DNA of 64,000 bases from positions 429,418 through 493,417 of the forward strand of contig JAQGDQ010000086.1 in the NCBI GenBank assembly GCA_030141605.1, in the 5' to 3' direction. The position numbers and the translations under genes are program-made. Under the pieces are notes generated by a model that saw only the letters and a program-made list of their open reading frames with translations, ran no database searches and was not told the origin of the DNA. Positions 13,181 to 26,000 of the stretch are shown piece by piece. How positions within the stretch are numbered: position 1 is the stretch's first letter; each line of letters opens with the position of its first letter. The DNA comes from Tubiluchus corallicola (Eukaryota; Animalia; Priapulida).

Positions 13181-14234
13181 CTAAAAGTAATGGCACACTG
13201 TTTATTTTTGTATGACAACATTTATGTCAACATTTATCATCTCGTGCCTAAATGCATTTGACATTGTGGCAGTTCTGTTCAAAAATTGTTACAGTAATAT
13301 CACATCTTAGATTTAGAAGGAATAACCAAAATTATTTACTTTAGCAAAAACCAAAACAGTATGTATGCTATTATTTCTTTCAAGTAAAAGTTATGGTTTC
13401 TTCATATATTACAGCTTTACATCGGTATTATTATAGAATACAGCTAGGAGATTTAACTTGTCAGCATTGGTTTTATAGTATAGGAGTTCAGTGCCAAGTT
13501 TGCGAGCTGCTTGTCAACTGTACCAACCATTGTTATGTTTGTGTGACAATATGCCTAAGTGGAAAAGTAAGGTGGTACTTTTGTATAACATTTCTTACAG
13601 TATCAACATGCCAGGGTGCGTGCAAAAATTGGCTGTAATACAGCAACAATAATGCCAGAGAATTACATTTTGTCAATGCATGTAACAGTCAATGTTTTCA
13701 TGGCAGCATAAGGACGTACGCATTTCTTTTCGCATTCCTCTGTTCACACAAACTGTGCATATAATTCTTTGGTACCACAAACTTGGCACACACTGACTTG
13801 GTACCCGCAAACCCCAGGACACTCTTCCTAGGTACTCACAAACTTGGCATAGACTGTATACTACAACACCTCTACTGACAAGTTAAATCTCTGCTAAAAC
13901 TTTATCCTACAATGATATCTAAGTAGAGCTATAACTTACCAAGAAATCATAACTTTTCACTGGAAAAAAGCAAAACCATACGTCCTGTTTTGGCTTTTAT
14001 AACTGCTTTCAATGTTGTTTTAGCAGCAAATTAATCATCGAAATGATAAGCTTTTTGACCTAATTTTGTTAATTTTGCAATAATGATAAATCTCTTTTGG
14101 TGATTTTGAGAAAACAACATTTAAAGATTTTAAGCTGCTCCACAAAATTAGGCATTGCACTCTGCAAAGTGAATGCTAAACATATTTAAGATAGTATGAC
14201 TCTCTTTTTAAATTGTTTGCAATTTGTGCTATTA

Positions 14235-14236
<2 letters not shown>

Positions 14237-14298
<62 letters not shown>
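14237..14298. repeat. (AT)n microsatellite, about 31 units
   Basis: Direct reading. Confidence 0.95.
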
Positions 14299-14301
<3 letters not shown>

Positions 14302-14569
14302 AAAACAGCCAGAAACTGGACATACTGCATATTTGGTACCTGATGAGCTGACAGTAATATGACCAGTTTTGGACATGTTAGTTCTGTGCTCAAGACCCTT
14401 GAATATGAAATTCATCAAAATAGACGTTTAATACTTTGATTATATTACAGTTTCAAAAGGACTGACACTGATGTTTAATTGTAAATTGTAAATTTGTTTG
14501 TTCTATAGCACAGAATTGTACTTGTAGAACAACTCATCATTCACAAAAATCAAATAGTGTGTGCGTTCA

Positions 14570-14750
14570 CCACCAGGAGGAACGTAACACTCCTATAAGA
14601 AGTTGACCATGAAACAGACTCCTCGACAAATCGTCTGTACAGTTTTGCGCGTCGAATAATGAAAGTACGGAACTGTTTGCCATTTGAAATCGTAAATATC
14701 CTAACTACTTTTAAAACTCGCCTTCACAGCCATCTCTACCAAAACTTATA
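14570..14750 (+). mobile_element. LINE (CR1/L2-like) ORF2 3'-end fragment
   Basis: Frame NRLYSFARRIMKVRNCLPFEIVNILTTFKTRLHSHL resembles the CR1-group C-terminal motif F..R....WN.LP..V....FK.RL. Confidence 0.55.
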
Positions 14751-15020
14751 ATTTTTTTATAATTTTGTACTTTCTGTTAATTACTATTGTCATACGTATG
14801 TAAAGTTTAGTACTAATGTTGACATCTACATTATTGTACTGTATGATATGCTGCAAAATGTTGTCCCCTTAGTAAGGCGACTACTTTGCGTAATTTAAAT
14901 TATTGTATTTTGTGGTACTTTAGGTTACCAGTGAGCTACCATTACTCATAAAATATTCATAATTAAAAAAAGTCTGAGTGTATTTCTCCAGGATTTTGAA
15001 TTACCCCAAAAATATCGTAC

Positions 15021-15182
15021 CTTTTCACTTCGTCCGCCGATTGTGCGATAAAAAAGCCCTGAGTATTTGCCTGTATCTTAGTCGTCGGCTTGGGATTTAT
15101 GGCTATTTGTGAATCTTGACCATCCTCACCACCTTTCACTTCTATTGCTATGACTAATAGCTCTAATTTTGTAAAACACAAT
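15021..15182 (-). CDS. slo: Slo1 exon: RCK1 end, S8 region (162 nt, phase 2->2)
   Basis: tgtttcag|A TTG TGT...AAA AG|gtacga; [53 protein letters not shown](R). Confidence 0.95.
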
Positions 15183-15207
15183 CTGAAACATAAAAACCAC
15201 TCTTTAA

Positions 15208-15666
15208 CTCCTTCAGGACTGCACTACTCAAAATAGGTCTTACAAGACATGTGACCGAGTTCCAGGAAAAACCAACCGGTCGGCAAAGGACAAATTTTCT
15301 CATCTTTTAACAGAAATTTCTCCTTAGAAATAGGCTAGTCTTGAGGCCAAAATGCATCAGAGTGTTGTGTCTGGGCAGTTGAAAGTTTCTGCATTAGTCA
15401 ATTTCATAGAATCGATACTGTACATTATTACATAACTACGTAAACACTGTAGTTACTGAAAGCTTTTTTCAAATTTTTCATCAAAAATCGATTTTCAATT
15501 TGTCTAAGGTAAGCAAACTCATTTCATACATAATTTTGCATGTAACACCTTTGTGTGAGGACTAGAAACCTACAAAAATTATCAAATATACTTAATAGTT
15601 GCTTAGTTAGACTAATTTGTCATGAAAACATGCAAAATGCGTCAAACACTTATGATCGTGAAGGAG
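15208..15666. mobile_element. piggyBac-like MITE (TTAA TSD)
   Basis: TTAA|CTCCTTCAGGA ... TCGTGAAGGAG|TTAA. Confidence 0.7.
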
Positions 15667-16232
15667 TTAAATGCTTTATTTATTACTAATAGAGATTAAT
15701 CTTCATAAAAATGTATTGTTATGCATTACATTTATTGGTATGTAGTTTATACATCAAGATAGTTTGATGTAATTTTGTCTGATGTGTTTAACTATTGTAC
15801 TGTATTGTGCAATGTATTGCATTATGCACCTACTGCACTGCGAAAGTGTGTATTAAATTATTGCTTATAGTTATAGTTTTATGAACCAGTAATTTTATGT
15901 TTCGCACGAGACGCGTTTGCCTATAGTAGTATTTTAATATGCAAAAATATTTTTATTTTACGATAATCCAATTTTATCCAATTAAATAAACTAATATTAT
16001 ATTAAATTACTATATTATATTACTATATATTAAACTACTATATTACATGATATATATACGAGTATTGGAGTGTTATGATCAAATTTCCAACAGCGAGTGA
16101 TTAAGCTAGCAGCTGAATTGTATAAATGTTGGAGCTTTTGAATTTGGTAGAGAGGAAGACCATATGATAAACAATTGCATCTACTTATTATATCTAGATT
16201 GTAATACTAATTACATTATGTAAATGACTTAC

Positions 16233-16345
16233 TCTGCAGCTTGCGGGAAAGTGAGACCGATGAACGCATTGGATAACGTCTCGGTGTACATTTCCATCCC
16301 CGATCCGCGTAGGTAATCATTCTGCCATTGTTGAAGCGTACTTGA
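16233..16345 (-). CDS. slo: Slo1 exon: RCK1 C-lobe (113 nt, phase 0->2)
   Basis: tacttgcag|TCA AGT...GCA GA|gtaagt; [37 protein letters not shown](E). Confidence 0.95.
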
Positions 16346-16569
16346 CTGCAAGTAGAAGGAAAATTGTTTAAGCCACATGGATTCGCAAATTGGAAACCGA
16401 ACTGACTGGGTAGCTCCTCTTTTTTAGAATATTTAAATTAAAAACTAATGCAAAATGCACTTAGATTTAAACGTTCGATTATTGTTTCCTCATTTAGTAT
16501 GGCAAACGGAGAAAGATACAGAGACATTTATACACTGGCAAATGACATGAACTGACACAGTCACTTATT

Positions 16570-16850
16570 CAATGAAAATAGGACCATTTTTCATATCTTA
16601 CCCATTTTGAAACACAGTAAAAAAATGCACATTTTAAGAAATATCAAAGTGTCTCTGATAACTAAATAGTAGGTTAAAAATTTTATTAATGGCTGGTGAG
16701 CCCAGTTGGTGATGATGTGACACGCTGTGCCAATGCATGAGCTCTTGAATGTATTTGTACCACATCATAACTGAACTGAGAGGTACAGTGTCTCTGTACA
16801 TTTTTTGTACAATGCATTTCTGCCCCATCTAACTAGCAAAAATTTTTTAT
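16570..16850 (+). mobile_element. Degenerate, internally deleted copy of the Kolobok-like family
   Basis: Shares aaagtgtctctgataa...aactgagaggtacag...tctaactagcaaa with the 23767 and 57715 copies. Confidence 0.55.
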
Positions 16851-17984
16851 TACCACTAAGTCAGTGCTGACATCTGCTTGTACACTTTGAAGTTTTCAAT
16901 ATATCTATGTACTTGCTACTGCTATATGTTTGTATGCAACTGGGTTACTTGGCTTCTCTGTGAATGTAGTAGTTTTTTACACTTGGTAGCAAGATGAGAA
17001 GGCAAGCAATGGGCTTAAACAGTTGTGTGTTCAAAACAACATTTTGACTCAGATGCCAGAATATATTGGCTGACAGATTTACTTTACCTTTTTTCTACTA
17101 CTGTTGATTACATTTACCATTTTAGTGCATATGTGGATTGACTATGGGACAATGACTTTGAGTACAATACAGATCGCAAAGCTAGACCACGTTTTCATTC
17201 ACTTATTTCATAGTGTGTAACACGAACATCGCAACTTCAAAAACAGTCCAGTAAACCTGCCAACGTCGGTTCTTGGTTCTCCCCAAAACACCCCAGCGAC
17301 TACTCTAGCATCACAACAGCATCTCAGAAACACGCTGAGCAAAAAACACGTCCAGTTCAGAGTTGTCCAGTTGCGATGCAGTCATCTGCAGTGCACATTG
17401 TGACGAAAGCTGATGCATAAGCACAGTAGTAAGCTTTAAATTTGAATTTTAAACTTAAAAATTGCCAAGTTCTTGTATGACTGCATCGCATATTGTGATG
17501 AAAGCTCATGCATGAGCACAGCAGTAAGCTTTAAATTTGAATTTTAAACTTAAAAGTTGCCAAGTTCTTGTATATCACGCAGAATGTTGTACAATAGTAC
17601 TGTACTTCAACTTTCATTTTTGCAAACACGCTTGTGGGACATTTGCACTGCTGAAAATTATGTTCAGCTGTGATGTCATCAGTAGTTGCGATCGCAGACC
17701 TTTAATTAAGTTTTTAGCCCATCATTTAATTACCAGAAATGCTTTGGCTCTATTATAGGTGTTAACATACATGTATACTTTTTACCCATACTTCAAAATA
17801 CAGTAAGATCTGAAAAGTCATCCTGTTTTCCATATAAAAATCATATGAGTAATACAGTTAATTTGCATCGATGTCAGCAAAAATAACAAATGACCAGAAC
17901 TAAAAGCCAAAGTCATTTATAACCGCCCTAAACTGGTGCCACCACTACTTGCCACAGATTGAAGTCTATTCAAATTCAACTCAC

Positions 17985-18140
17985 CGACTTGAAAGATCGC
18001 ATTGCAAATAAGTTAGCCATCATTGTTGAAAAGCCCGGAGCCAGGCAGCTTTGAGCGATAAAACCCAGCTTGAGCTCGGCTAAGCATATGACATCATCTC
18101 CCCTCTTCCAATCCCAGCTTGGAATATTGAGTAGATATGC
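17985..18140 (-). CDS. slo: Slo1 exon: RCK1, S7 region (156 nt, phase 0->0)
   Basis: ttccttccag|GCA TAT...AAG TCG|gtgagt; [52 protein letters not shown]. Confidence 0.96.
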
Positions 18141-18396
18141 CTGGAAGGAAAAATGGAAATTCCATCAACAAAACAAAAAATGGTGTACAATTCATGATGT
18201 AAGTTGCAGGCATTGGGACAAAGTTATAGGATAATAATATAGGTTATAGTAAGCGTAAAATCGTAATTTTTGAGAAAAACGAAGAGCCGTTCTGCTGCTA
18301 ATTGCTTTCTAATTAATATCTATTCTGTGCAAACGAAAAAGCCGTGACATAGTGACTGCAATTAATTAGCCTTACGGCTTACATCAGCTGCATGTA

Positions 18397-18807
18397 CACT
18401 CATATCTTGGTTTGCCGGACCTCGCTTTTACGGATATCGGCAGAATTGGACAAAATCGGATCCGTTAAAAGCCCCACATACCATGGACACAGTCCTCTGT
18501 TTCGCAAGCTGACTACTAGTGGCGGGCCCTCACTTTTGTTTACATCATTACGTCAGTGTAAAGCAAGTACAAAAAATATAGTCAGTTATGCAGAGTTAGT
18601 TGAGACAATTGCCGACAATTTTTGTATACTATTGCATAGGTGCGGCCAATACCAGATGTTTTTGAGATAATTAGGCGATTGATTCTACATTACCGTGAGT
18701 CCAATACACGGCGCCTACTGTATTAGCTTAGTATCAGTAAATATGGACAATCGGCAAAATTGGACCGACGTCTCCCCGCTTGAATTCGGCAAACTGAGAT
18801 ATGAGTG
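18397..18807 (+). mobile_element. Tc1/mariner-type MITE (TA TSD), copy 2
   Basis: TA|CACTCATATCTTGGTTTGCCGGAC ... CGGCAAACTGAGATATGAGTG|TA. Confidence 0.85.
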
Positions 18808-19736
18808 TATTTATTCAATAGCTGCAAATTGTGACTACAGTCATCTGGCCGTGACTACAATGCTGATACAGTGCTGCACACATCCAACTTGTTTTGCCTA
18901 TTCACAGAACACATAACTTATCTCAAAAAATTCAAATTTTTAATAATCATTTTGCTTACTAGATGGCAGCATCCGCACCTAGAAACACATTCACTCTGTT
19001 ACAAGCATCAGAAATCCAAAAACTCATACTTTGCCAAAAATACACAGTTAGATAGGAATGGCATTAGCATTGAAACAACATTTTTCACAATTCAGAAATG
19101 TAATCGTTGCATGCCTTTGTTCAAAAAACGAAGAAACGGAAGGAGCTTTCAAATACAGAAAAAAGACAAAACATTGTGTAAGTATGAGCATGAGGGTGGC
19201 GTGAAGTGAAACAACTCTTGCTTGTTGTAACATTATAGAAGCCTCACTAATGATGAGAAACTTTACTCTGAGAAACTTCTTAGCAAACACACCGATCAGG
19301 ACCTGCGATGGACAAGTTCCACTAGAAACGAACTTGTTCAAGTTTTTTTAGGAGTTTAGGAGTAAAAACAACTTCACTCAAGCTTAAGTTCATAATCGAA
19401 TTTTGGCAAAGTTCAATTACCAAGTTGGTAGTAACTACCCAAATGGCTCCACTAATGAAGAGTACGCAGGTTTATACAAGTAGATATTTAACTAACATTC
19501 TAAAATTTGCCTAACGAATTTGGCTTATTTTGGCTACTTTTCACATATAAATTTGGCTGAATTTGGTTGTGTTTGTCTTAAAACTGTTTTATTACACATT
19601 TTTAGCTCACAAAAATGTGGACGAGGTTGTCATATCATTCTGGACTTGGCATCGATCTTACAGCCAAATTTTGCTCTAGACAAAAAACTGACAAAAACAA
19701 TGCATCCAATTTTAAAATAACATTTATCATACTAAC

Positions 19737-19889
19737 CTTATTGTGATATTGCATCAACTGTATTATGACCCGAATCTCCTCACAGAAGTTTTTTATTGAT
19801 ATCACTCGCATGATGGCAGCAGCGTCTTCTGCATCCGGATCTATGCTATACCTATTAGCTAACACTAGGCAAGCATCCGCCTGCTTTAT
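19737..19889 (-). CDS. slo: Slo1 exon: RCK1 (153 nt, phase 0->0)
   Basis: tttcttccag|ATA AAG...AAT AAG|gttagt; [51 protein letters not shown]. Confidence 0.96.
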
Positions 19890-20279
19890 CTGGAAGAAAT
19901 ACATGGTTTTACTGACGAAAATTCAAATTCAAATCTCTTTCCCTCTCCCTCACTCACTCTCTCTTCTCCTGCCCTCCCTTTTTACACAAATTGAAGTGAG
20001 AAGCGCAGTGGTGACTCTAGGTAACAGACAAGGTTGAAATCAGAATGTAATCTCATAGCTAATCTGCTAGCGATAGTATGCATAAATTTGTTAGCACACT
20101 TCTTGAAGCAAGGTGGTGGCTATGGAAATGACTGATAGTCTGGTAATGAATTCCACAAATAACCGGTCCGATGAAAAATGGGTTTACAGCAATTTTTCTG
20201 CATTTAAAGATGACTAAGGTAAACCATTAAGAAGCAGCAGAAAAACCGCAGGTACACTGAGAAAAACTGTTTAGTCTTA

Positions 20280-20527
20280 ACTTCCCTCTTCCCTCCCTTC
20301 TCCACCCCGCCCCAACTCTTCTTTGTCCCCAATTCTGTCACACACACGCACGCACGCACTCACTCACGCACGCACGCACGTACGCACGCACACACACACA
20401 CACACACACATTCTTCCCTGCTCCCTGCCTCTCTCTCTCTCTGTTTCTCTCCCTGCTCCCTGCCCCCTCTCCTCCCTCTTGCCTCTCTCTCTTCCTCTCC
20501 CTCCCTCCGTCCATCTCTCTCTCTCTG
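20280..20527. repeat. (CA)n/(CACG)n and CT-rich low-complexity tract
   Basis: Direct reading. Confidence 0.85.
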
Positions 20528-20576
20528 GCCTTGCTAACATAACAGCTACGTCAACTAATTAGTAACAGCTACTTAC

Positions 20577-20682
20577 TTTCACCCGTTCCAAATCATTGGG
20601 ATCCATAACTGATCCTTGGAAAAACTCGACTATCGTAAAATGGCGCTTGAACAAGCCTTGAAGATCTAAATCTGGTAATTTC
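20577..20682 (-). CDS. slo: Slo1 exon: RCK1 (106 nt, phase 2->0)
   Basis: tatacag|G AAA TTA...GTG AAA|gtaagt; [35 protein letters not shown]. Confidence 0.95.
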
Positions 20683-20899
20683 CTGTATAAATATAAATAG
20701 GAAATAGTATTTTTTGATTAATTAATTATTAATTAATTTGATCTCCTATGCCATGTCATTTGCAGGTGTTGATTGTAGAATTGGTGATACTTAATGAAAA
20801 AATATCCAAATATCTTAAATCGAAATTTTATAGCGGTATGAACAATATGGTTGGCATCCTTCTGTCTCGGAAGACAATGGAGTGTGCGACAAAAGAGTC

Positions 20900-21270
20900 A
20901 GTTATTGATCACATTGATGGAGCTGCAGTGTCGACTGTGGCTGAGCAGTGCAATCCTTGAACGTCTCCAGGGTGCACGCCTGGGCAAGGTGTATGGAGAT
21001 CCTGAGTAGCCCAGACAACAGGAACCCCCTCTCTTCCTCGCTGGTGTAGTCCAAAGGAAAGCGGAGCGATACGTTTGGCACCAGGTTGGCTGCAGGAGCT
21101 CCCAGAGTCAGTGAGCATGTTGCAGTGGTCCGCCTTCGTGGCTCCACTCGTGATTTGGAAGGTTTATGAACAATAAGGCACTTCAAAATCCACAAGGTGT
21201 TGACACGAGTTCGATACTGTGCTTGGGTGATCTCTTTCACATCAGCTAAAATCTGCAGCAATGATGAATG
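20900..21270 (-). mobile_element. Possible decayed non-LTR retrotransposon ORF2 C-terminal fragment
   Basis: GC-rich island in an AT-rich intron; frames with QYRTRVNTLW and NMLTDS resemble zf-RVT-region remnants; frameshifted. Confidence 0.3.
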
Positions 21271-21768
21271 CCTTTCTACACATTTTAAAGCTATTTAGTA
21301 ACTCACTTAGTCAACAAACTTCTCTAGGGAGTGTTTTGCAGACTTGGTGTTTAGAAAACATGCACTTCCAGCAAATTTCATAATCCTGCAAGCGGGAAAG
21401 CTTTTCACTCACAAACTCAAGCCAGTGGTTTAAAAACTGGGCCATGTGTGTGCCTCATATATCAGTGAACTCAAGGAACTGATGCATGAACTTTCTGAAC
21501 TAGACTTATTTGTCACAATAAAACAAGAAAAATGAGACTATCGCCCCCAAACTTGCTTTGAAATAATACCTTTAAAAACAGGGAAAAGGATTTAATTAAT
21601 ATATGGATAATGACCATTTTCACGATACTGTTAGCTTTCTAAGAATTATGAAAAGTAAGAAACATGTAATTATATGTACTACACTATCATTATATTAACA
21701 CACATAGCCCTCATATGGAAAACAGGAACTTAACTGGCCATTTGTTAGGTAGGAAACAGATCTAATGC

Positions 21769-22225
21769 TAGTGGCGGCATGTGCATAGGTACTATGGAAC
21801 TGCAGTACCCGCTATTTTCATTCAATATTAACAATAATATTCAATGTATTAAGGCTTTTTTTCTTTAGTTCTTTCTTTATACTTGTACGGAAACAGAGTA
21901 CGTGAGGGCACTATTTCACAGCCCAGCACAGTGCACTCCAGCAATGCGGTGTTTGGCTGTTGTGCGCATGCGGCCATATGCATGTCAAAGCCCTGGCAAA
22001 GAAAGTATTGTCCCGCGCACAGTTTGTTGTCAATTGTCACGTGCTTACCGAGAATGGATCAAGCTTGAACTGCAACATTTTAGGCTATTAGCAAGCAAAA
22101 AAACATTTTTTGTTTAGGATTTTATTAAGCTACATATGTTTGTTTCGTATTACACAGTACTAAAACAATCGCTAAAAATTTTCTGAAGCACCTCCCTCAC
22201 TAATTTTAGTTACGAACTGACACTG
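21769..22225. mobile_element. hAT-like MITE, copy 2
   Basis: TAGTGGCG...GACACTG; degenerate TSD tctaatgc/tctaaacg; internal ctccagcaatg..gtgtttggctgttgtgc shared with the 7033 copy. Confidence 0.65.
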
Positions 22226-23495
22226 TCTAAACGCGTAAACACAAATGCTGCTCCAAACCGTACGAAAACTGTCAATAATATAGCGTAGCCTCGTGCAGTG
22301 GTATCGACTGAAATTTCTGGAAAACTTATAAAGCAACACTAAATAATGACTTCTGGTTAAATCAATGCATATGAGGAAAATATGTCTCCGAGAAGTTATC
22401 TGATTTTCAGTGTGACAAAATAAAATGAAGAATAAATACAGGCAGACAGAAATTGATGCTCAAGATAACCAGAAGTTTCAGCAAACGATATGATTAATCT
22501 TGTCGTATTACTATTTACATGTCAATCCATTTGTGACATATTTGACTAATGCTATTACTTGTCAATAGGTACGTGACATGCTCGACTCACGCTTTTCATG
22601 CAGAAAGCAATTCTGCCACAAACGGAACATTTTATCAGCAAAAACCGAAAGCAACTTCTTCAGATAAGTTGACAATGAATATGACACAATTAAATTAGAT
22701 TTTTGTTGGAAGAAATCACTACTGAGTGAACCCACAATCATTGTACCTTGAAATTAAATTTGTGTGAAGGGAAGACATGAAATGAAAGCTAGAAGAAGAA
22801 GAAGAAAAAACAGAAGAACGGACCCATGCCAGATGATGAATATACAAAAAGAGAAGTCATATCCATCTGCCAAATCTACATGTACACATCAAACTGGTAA
22901 AATTATTAACACAAAAAGCATCTGGGGTAGGGCTCGATGGATACAGCACCTACAAGTGCCTCAGCAAGCAACACAACATGCGGTTGACACGTCACTTGGC
23001 CACAAAAGTGAAATGGAATTTTTGCAACAATTGCATGACTGTTGCACGTAGAAAGAGCCCCGATCAAATTTTACATCCATTTCCTCTGGTATACAGATTA
23101 GATTAGATTTTATTCGTCTCATTTAAAGTTACACATATAATAATATACAATGTTTCTTAAACATGATAAACACTATATTGAGGCGGGGTGCCAAAACACC
23201 ATGAGGTCACCCAGCAGCCACCCTTATTTGTTCGATATTAATATTTGTTTAGTTAATCAAGTGACACTGCTAACAGCTTCTTGCAAGACATGTTTAATTA
23301 ATTTAATAATTATAAACACAGCATGTTTAATACTTATAATTATTATTTATTTATTAGATGCATTTGCTGTGAGTTAAAGGACTGTATAACAGTTACAAAT
23401 GTTGTCTGGTTGTGTACATCCAATGAGATGCAATATCCAACACTGTTTTTGTTTATGTTTATTTTTTAGTACTACAATCCAAGCAGAATGCTTAC

Positions 23496-23606
23496 CTGTT
23501 TATAAAAACAATTTCACATTCAACATCTTCCCGATCTTCGTGAAGAAAGTCCGTAAGGAAAGAGTTAACGGATTCGTAGGTGATGTGTCCACACACTACA
23601 ATGTGC
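23496..23606 (-). CDS. slo: Slo1 exon: RCK1 start (111 nt, phase 2->2)
   Basis: gtttctag|G CAC ATT...AAC AG|gtaagc; [36 protein letters not shown](R). Confidence 0.96.
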
Positions 23607-23766
23607 CTAGAAACAAGAGATACACCTTGCTAAAAGCTGCATATTTAATGAATCAATACAGGTAAAGCAAGAACTGTTTACATTGCAGTGTGGCGTAAAA
23701 ACTGAACATCGAGTTTAGCGAAGGTCGGCTAGCTCAGTTAAAATGGGTGTGCAAGAGTAATCTTAA

Positions 23767-24363
23767 AGGAAAAAATGATGATTTTTCATATACTACCCCA
23801 TTTTCAAATACGGTAAAAGTACATATTTTAGCACCAATAATACTGTAAAAGTGTCTCTGATAATCAAATAAAAAATTAAAATCTTAATAAACTTTGGGCG
23901 AGCACAACTGGTGAAGACATCACAAACTTAACATAATTTTGAACATCAAAAATGTTCCACGATCGTGTTGCACGTGTGTTTGCGAAAGTGAAAACTGAAG
24001 TATAGTGCTACTGTAAGATATTCAACGTGTTGTACTAAAACTCATCAAGTTTAAACATTCAAATTTGAAATTTACCGCTGTACTCACACATGAGCTGTCG
24101 AACGTGTACAGTTCGTCACAATCTAACACATATGAACTGAGAGGTACAGCACCTGTTTTTTCTACAACGTTGTCCGAAATGCAGATGCTAGTGCCCGTCT
24201 AACTAGCAAATGGCAAAATGAATGTAACAGCAAAGAACTAGTGACGTGAACGTGAAACTGTATTTGTGCGGTAATAATTGTTTTACGTAAGTCACTCTTT
24301 AAAAAATAGCATGTTTCCTTTCAATACTTTAAAGAACAGGTTGTTTTGACCTACAGATTAAAT
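23767..24363 (+). mobile_element. Kolobok-like family, longest copy
   Basis: Starts TTAA|AGGAAAA; colinear with 5022-5527 and 57715-58240. Confidence 0.7.
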
Positions 24364-25595
24364 GTCTCTGTTGGGCTGCTCTACATAAAAGGAACAGCTC
24401 TATATATATAATAATATCAAGTGGCAGTAACTAAAAATATTTTCAGTAAGAGCACTTGTACATTCCTATGCAAAGCATTGAGTTGTTCCCTAGCCACCAC
24501 AAGCGCACGCGCACATACGTTTTGCCTGTATGCATTTGTAAATGTGCAAATTTTAGTAATATACCATGTTTCAGATGATGTTGTTTTCTCCTTCAAGTCA
24601 TTTAAGAATTTTTATGCAATAGTGCTACATTGTGATGTCAATAAATTTATACATATGTTACTAAAATGCACAGCAAAAATGTCCTCAAGTCGGCAATTAA
24701 GCTTTTCTAGTATCACATTCTGAATTTGCATTTCATGAGGATCATTTTGATGCCAAGCTCATCACTCTAAGTTATTTCTAAGCTGAAATAATCCATGCTA
24801 CGCACTGAAAAACGTAATCCTGAGAAAAACGCTGTTAAAATCCGCCATTGTTTTATGTCGTGTCTCTAAAAACACTTAGCAACCGTACGAAATGTGGTTG
24901 CTATGGATTATACATGAGCAATTTGAAGTAACGTTTAAATTCAGTAGATGGCTCTTCCTGGCAAAGATCTCGGCTTCGCAGCAAAAGAAACCTGAAACAA
25001 AATGACTGCTTCCACGAGCTATTATCGAAGTTTGAAAATAAGTTTTTTTTTATAACTGCAGTACTGCTTTTGAGGCCGAGAAATGGGTATGGGATTATAA
25101 AACTGGATTTTTAATATTTCTTAACATTTTCCTAAGTCCAATATACTTAGCATTTGTTTTTATGCCAACCTTGTAAACGGTCGGTTTGCAAGCATGCAAT
25201 ATGGTTTTAAAGGTAATCAGGCAATAACAAGCGTACTGCAGTTTCACACCGAAATGCTACAACTAATAACAAATACCCATGTACGCTATACAACGGTCAA
25301 AGTCAACTTTGTAATTAATTAGCACACCTAGGCTTAATTAATGAGCTTACAGGAGTTTGCTGATATTGATTAATCAAGGCCATAAGATTTGCTTTGTTAG
25401 CAAATCATTAGATTTGCTGCTGGGTGCAGAACAGAATGGAATATCCATATTGTAACAAGCTCAAATTAAACATGGCGGATGATTACTACACCCACCGACC
25501 TGTACAAAATGTAATTACTGCACAATTTGTGAGTTTCATGAATCATACTTGTTTACTCATCTTGTATACTGTATCTTATAAATTAAGATAGTTTG

Positions 25596-26000
25596 CCCCC
25601 CGCCCTCTCTCTGTCTCACTCTCTCTCTCCCATCCTCCCACTACCCTCCCTCCTTCATGCACTCACTCTGTCCTACTGCCCCACCTACTCTTCCAGTCTC
25701 ATTTCATCATTCCCTCTGTCTCTCTCTCTCTATCTATTTCTCGTGATCTAGTTAATTAAAACCTTGTCTTAACACCACGTTACAAATTATTAATTTATGT
25801 AATTATCCATGTATATAATTGTGTGGAATCTACTTCACTCAATCACTCTTTCTCTCTCATTTTCAGTCCCTCTCCTGCTCCTCTCTCTCTGTCCTCCCCA
25901 TCTCTCTCTCTCCCCTCTTTCTCTCTCTCTCTCTTCCTCCCACCCCCTCTCTCTCTCCTTCCCTCCCTCTCTCTCTTCCTCCCTCCTTTCTCTCCCTCAC
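25596..26000. repeat. CT-rich low-complexity tracts
   Basis: Direct reading; source of three spurious S/L/P-rich ORFs. Confidence 0.85.
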
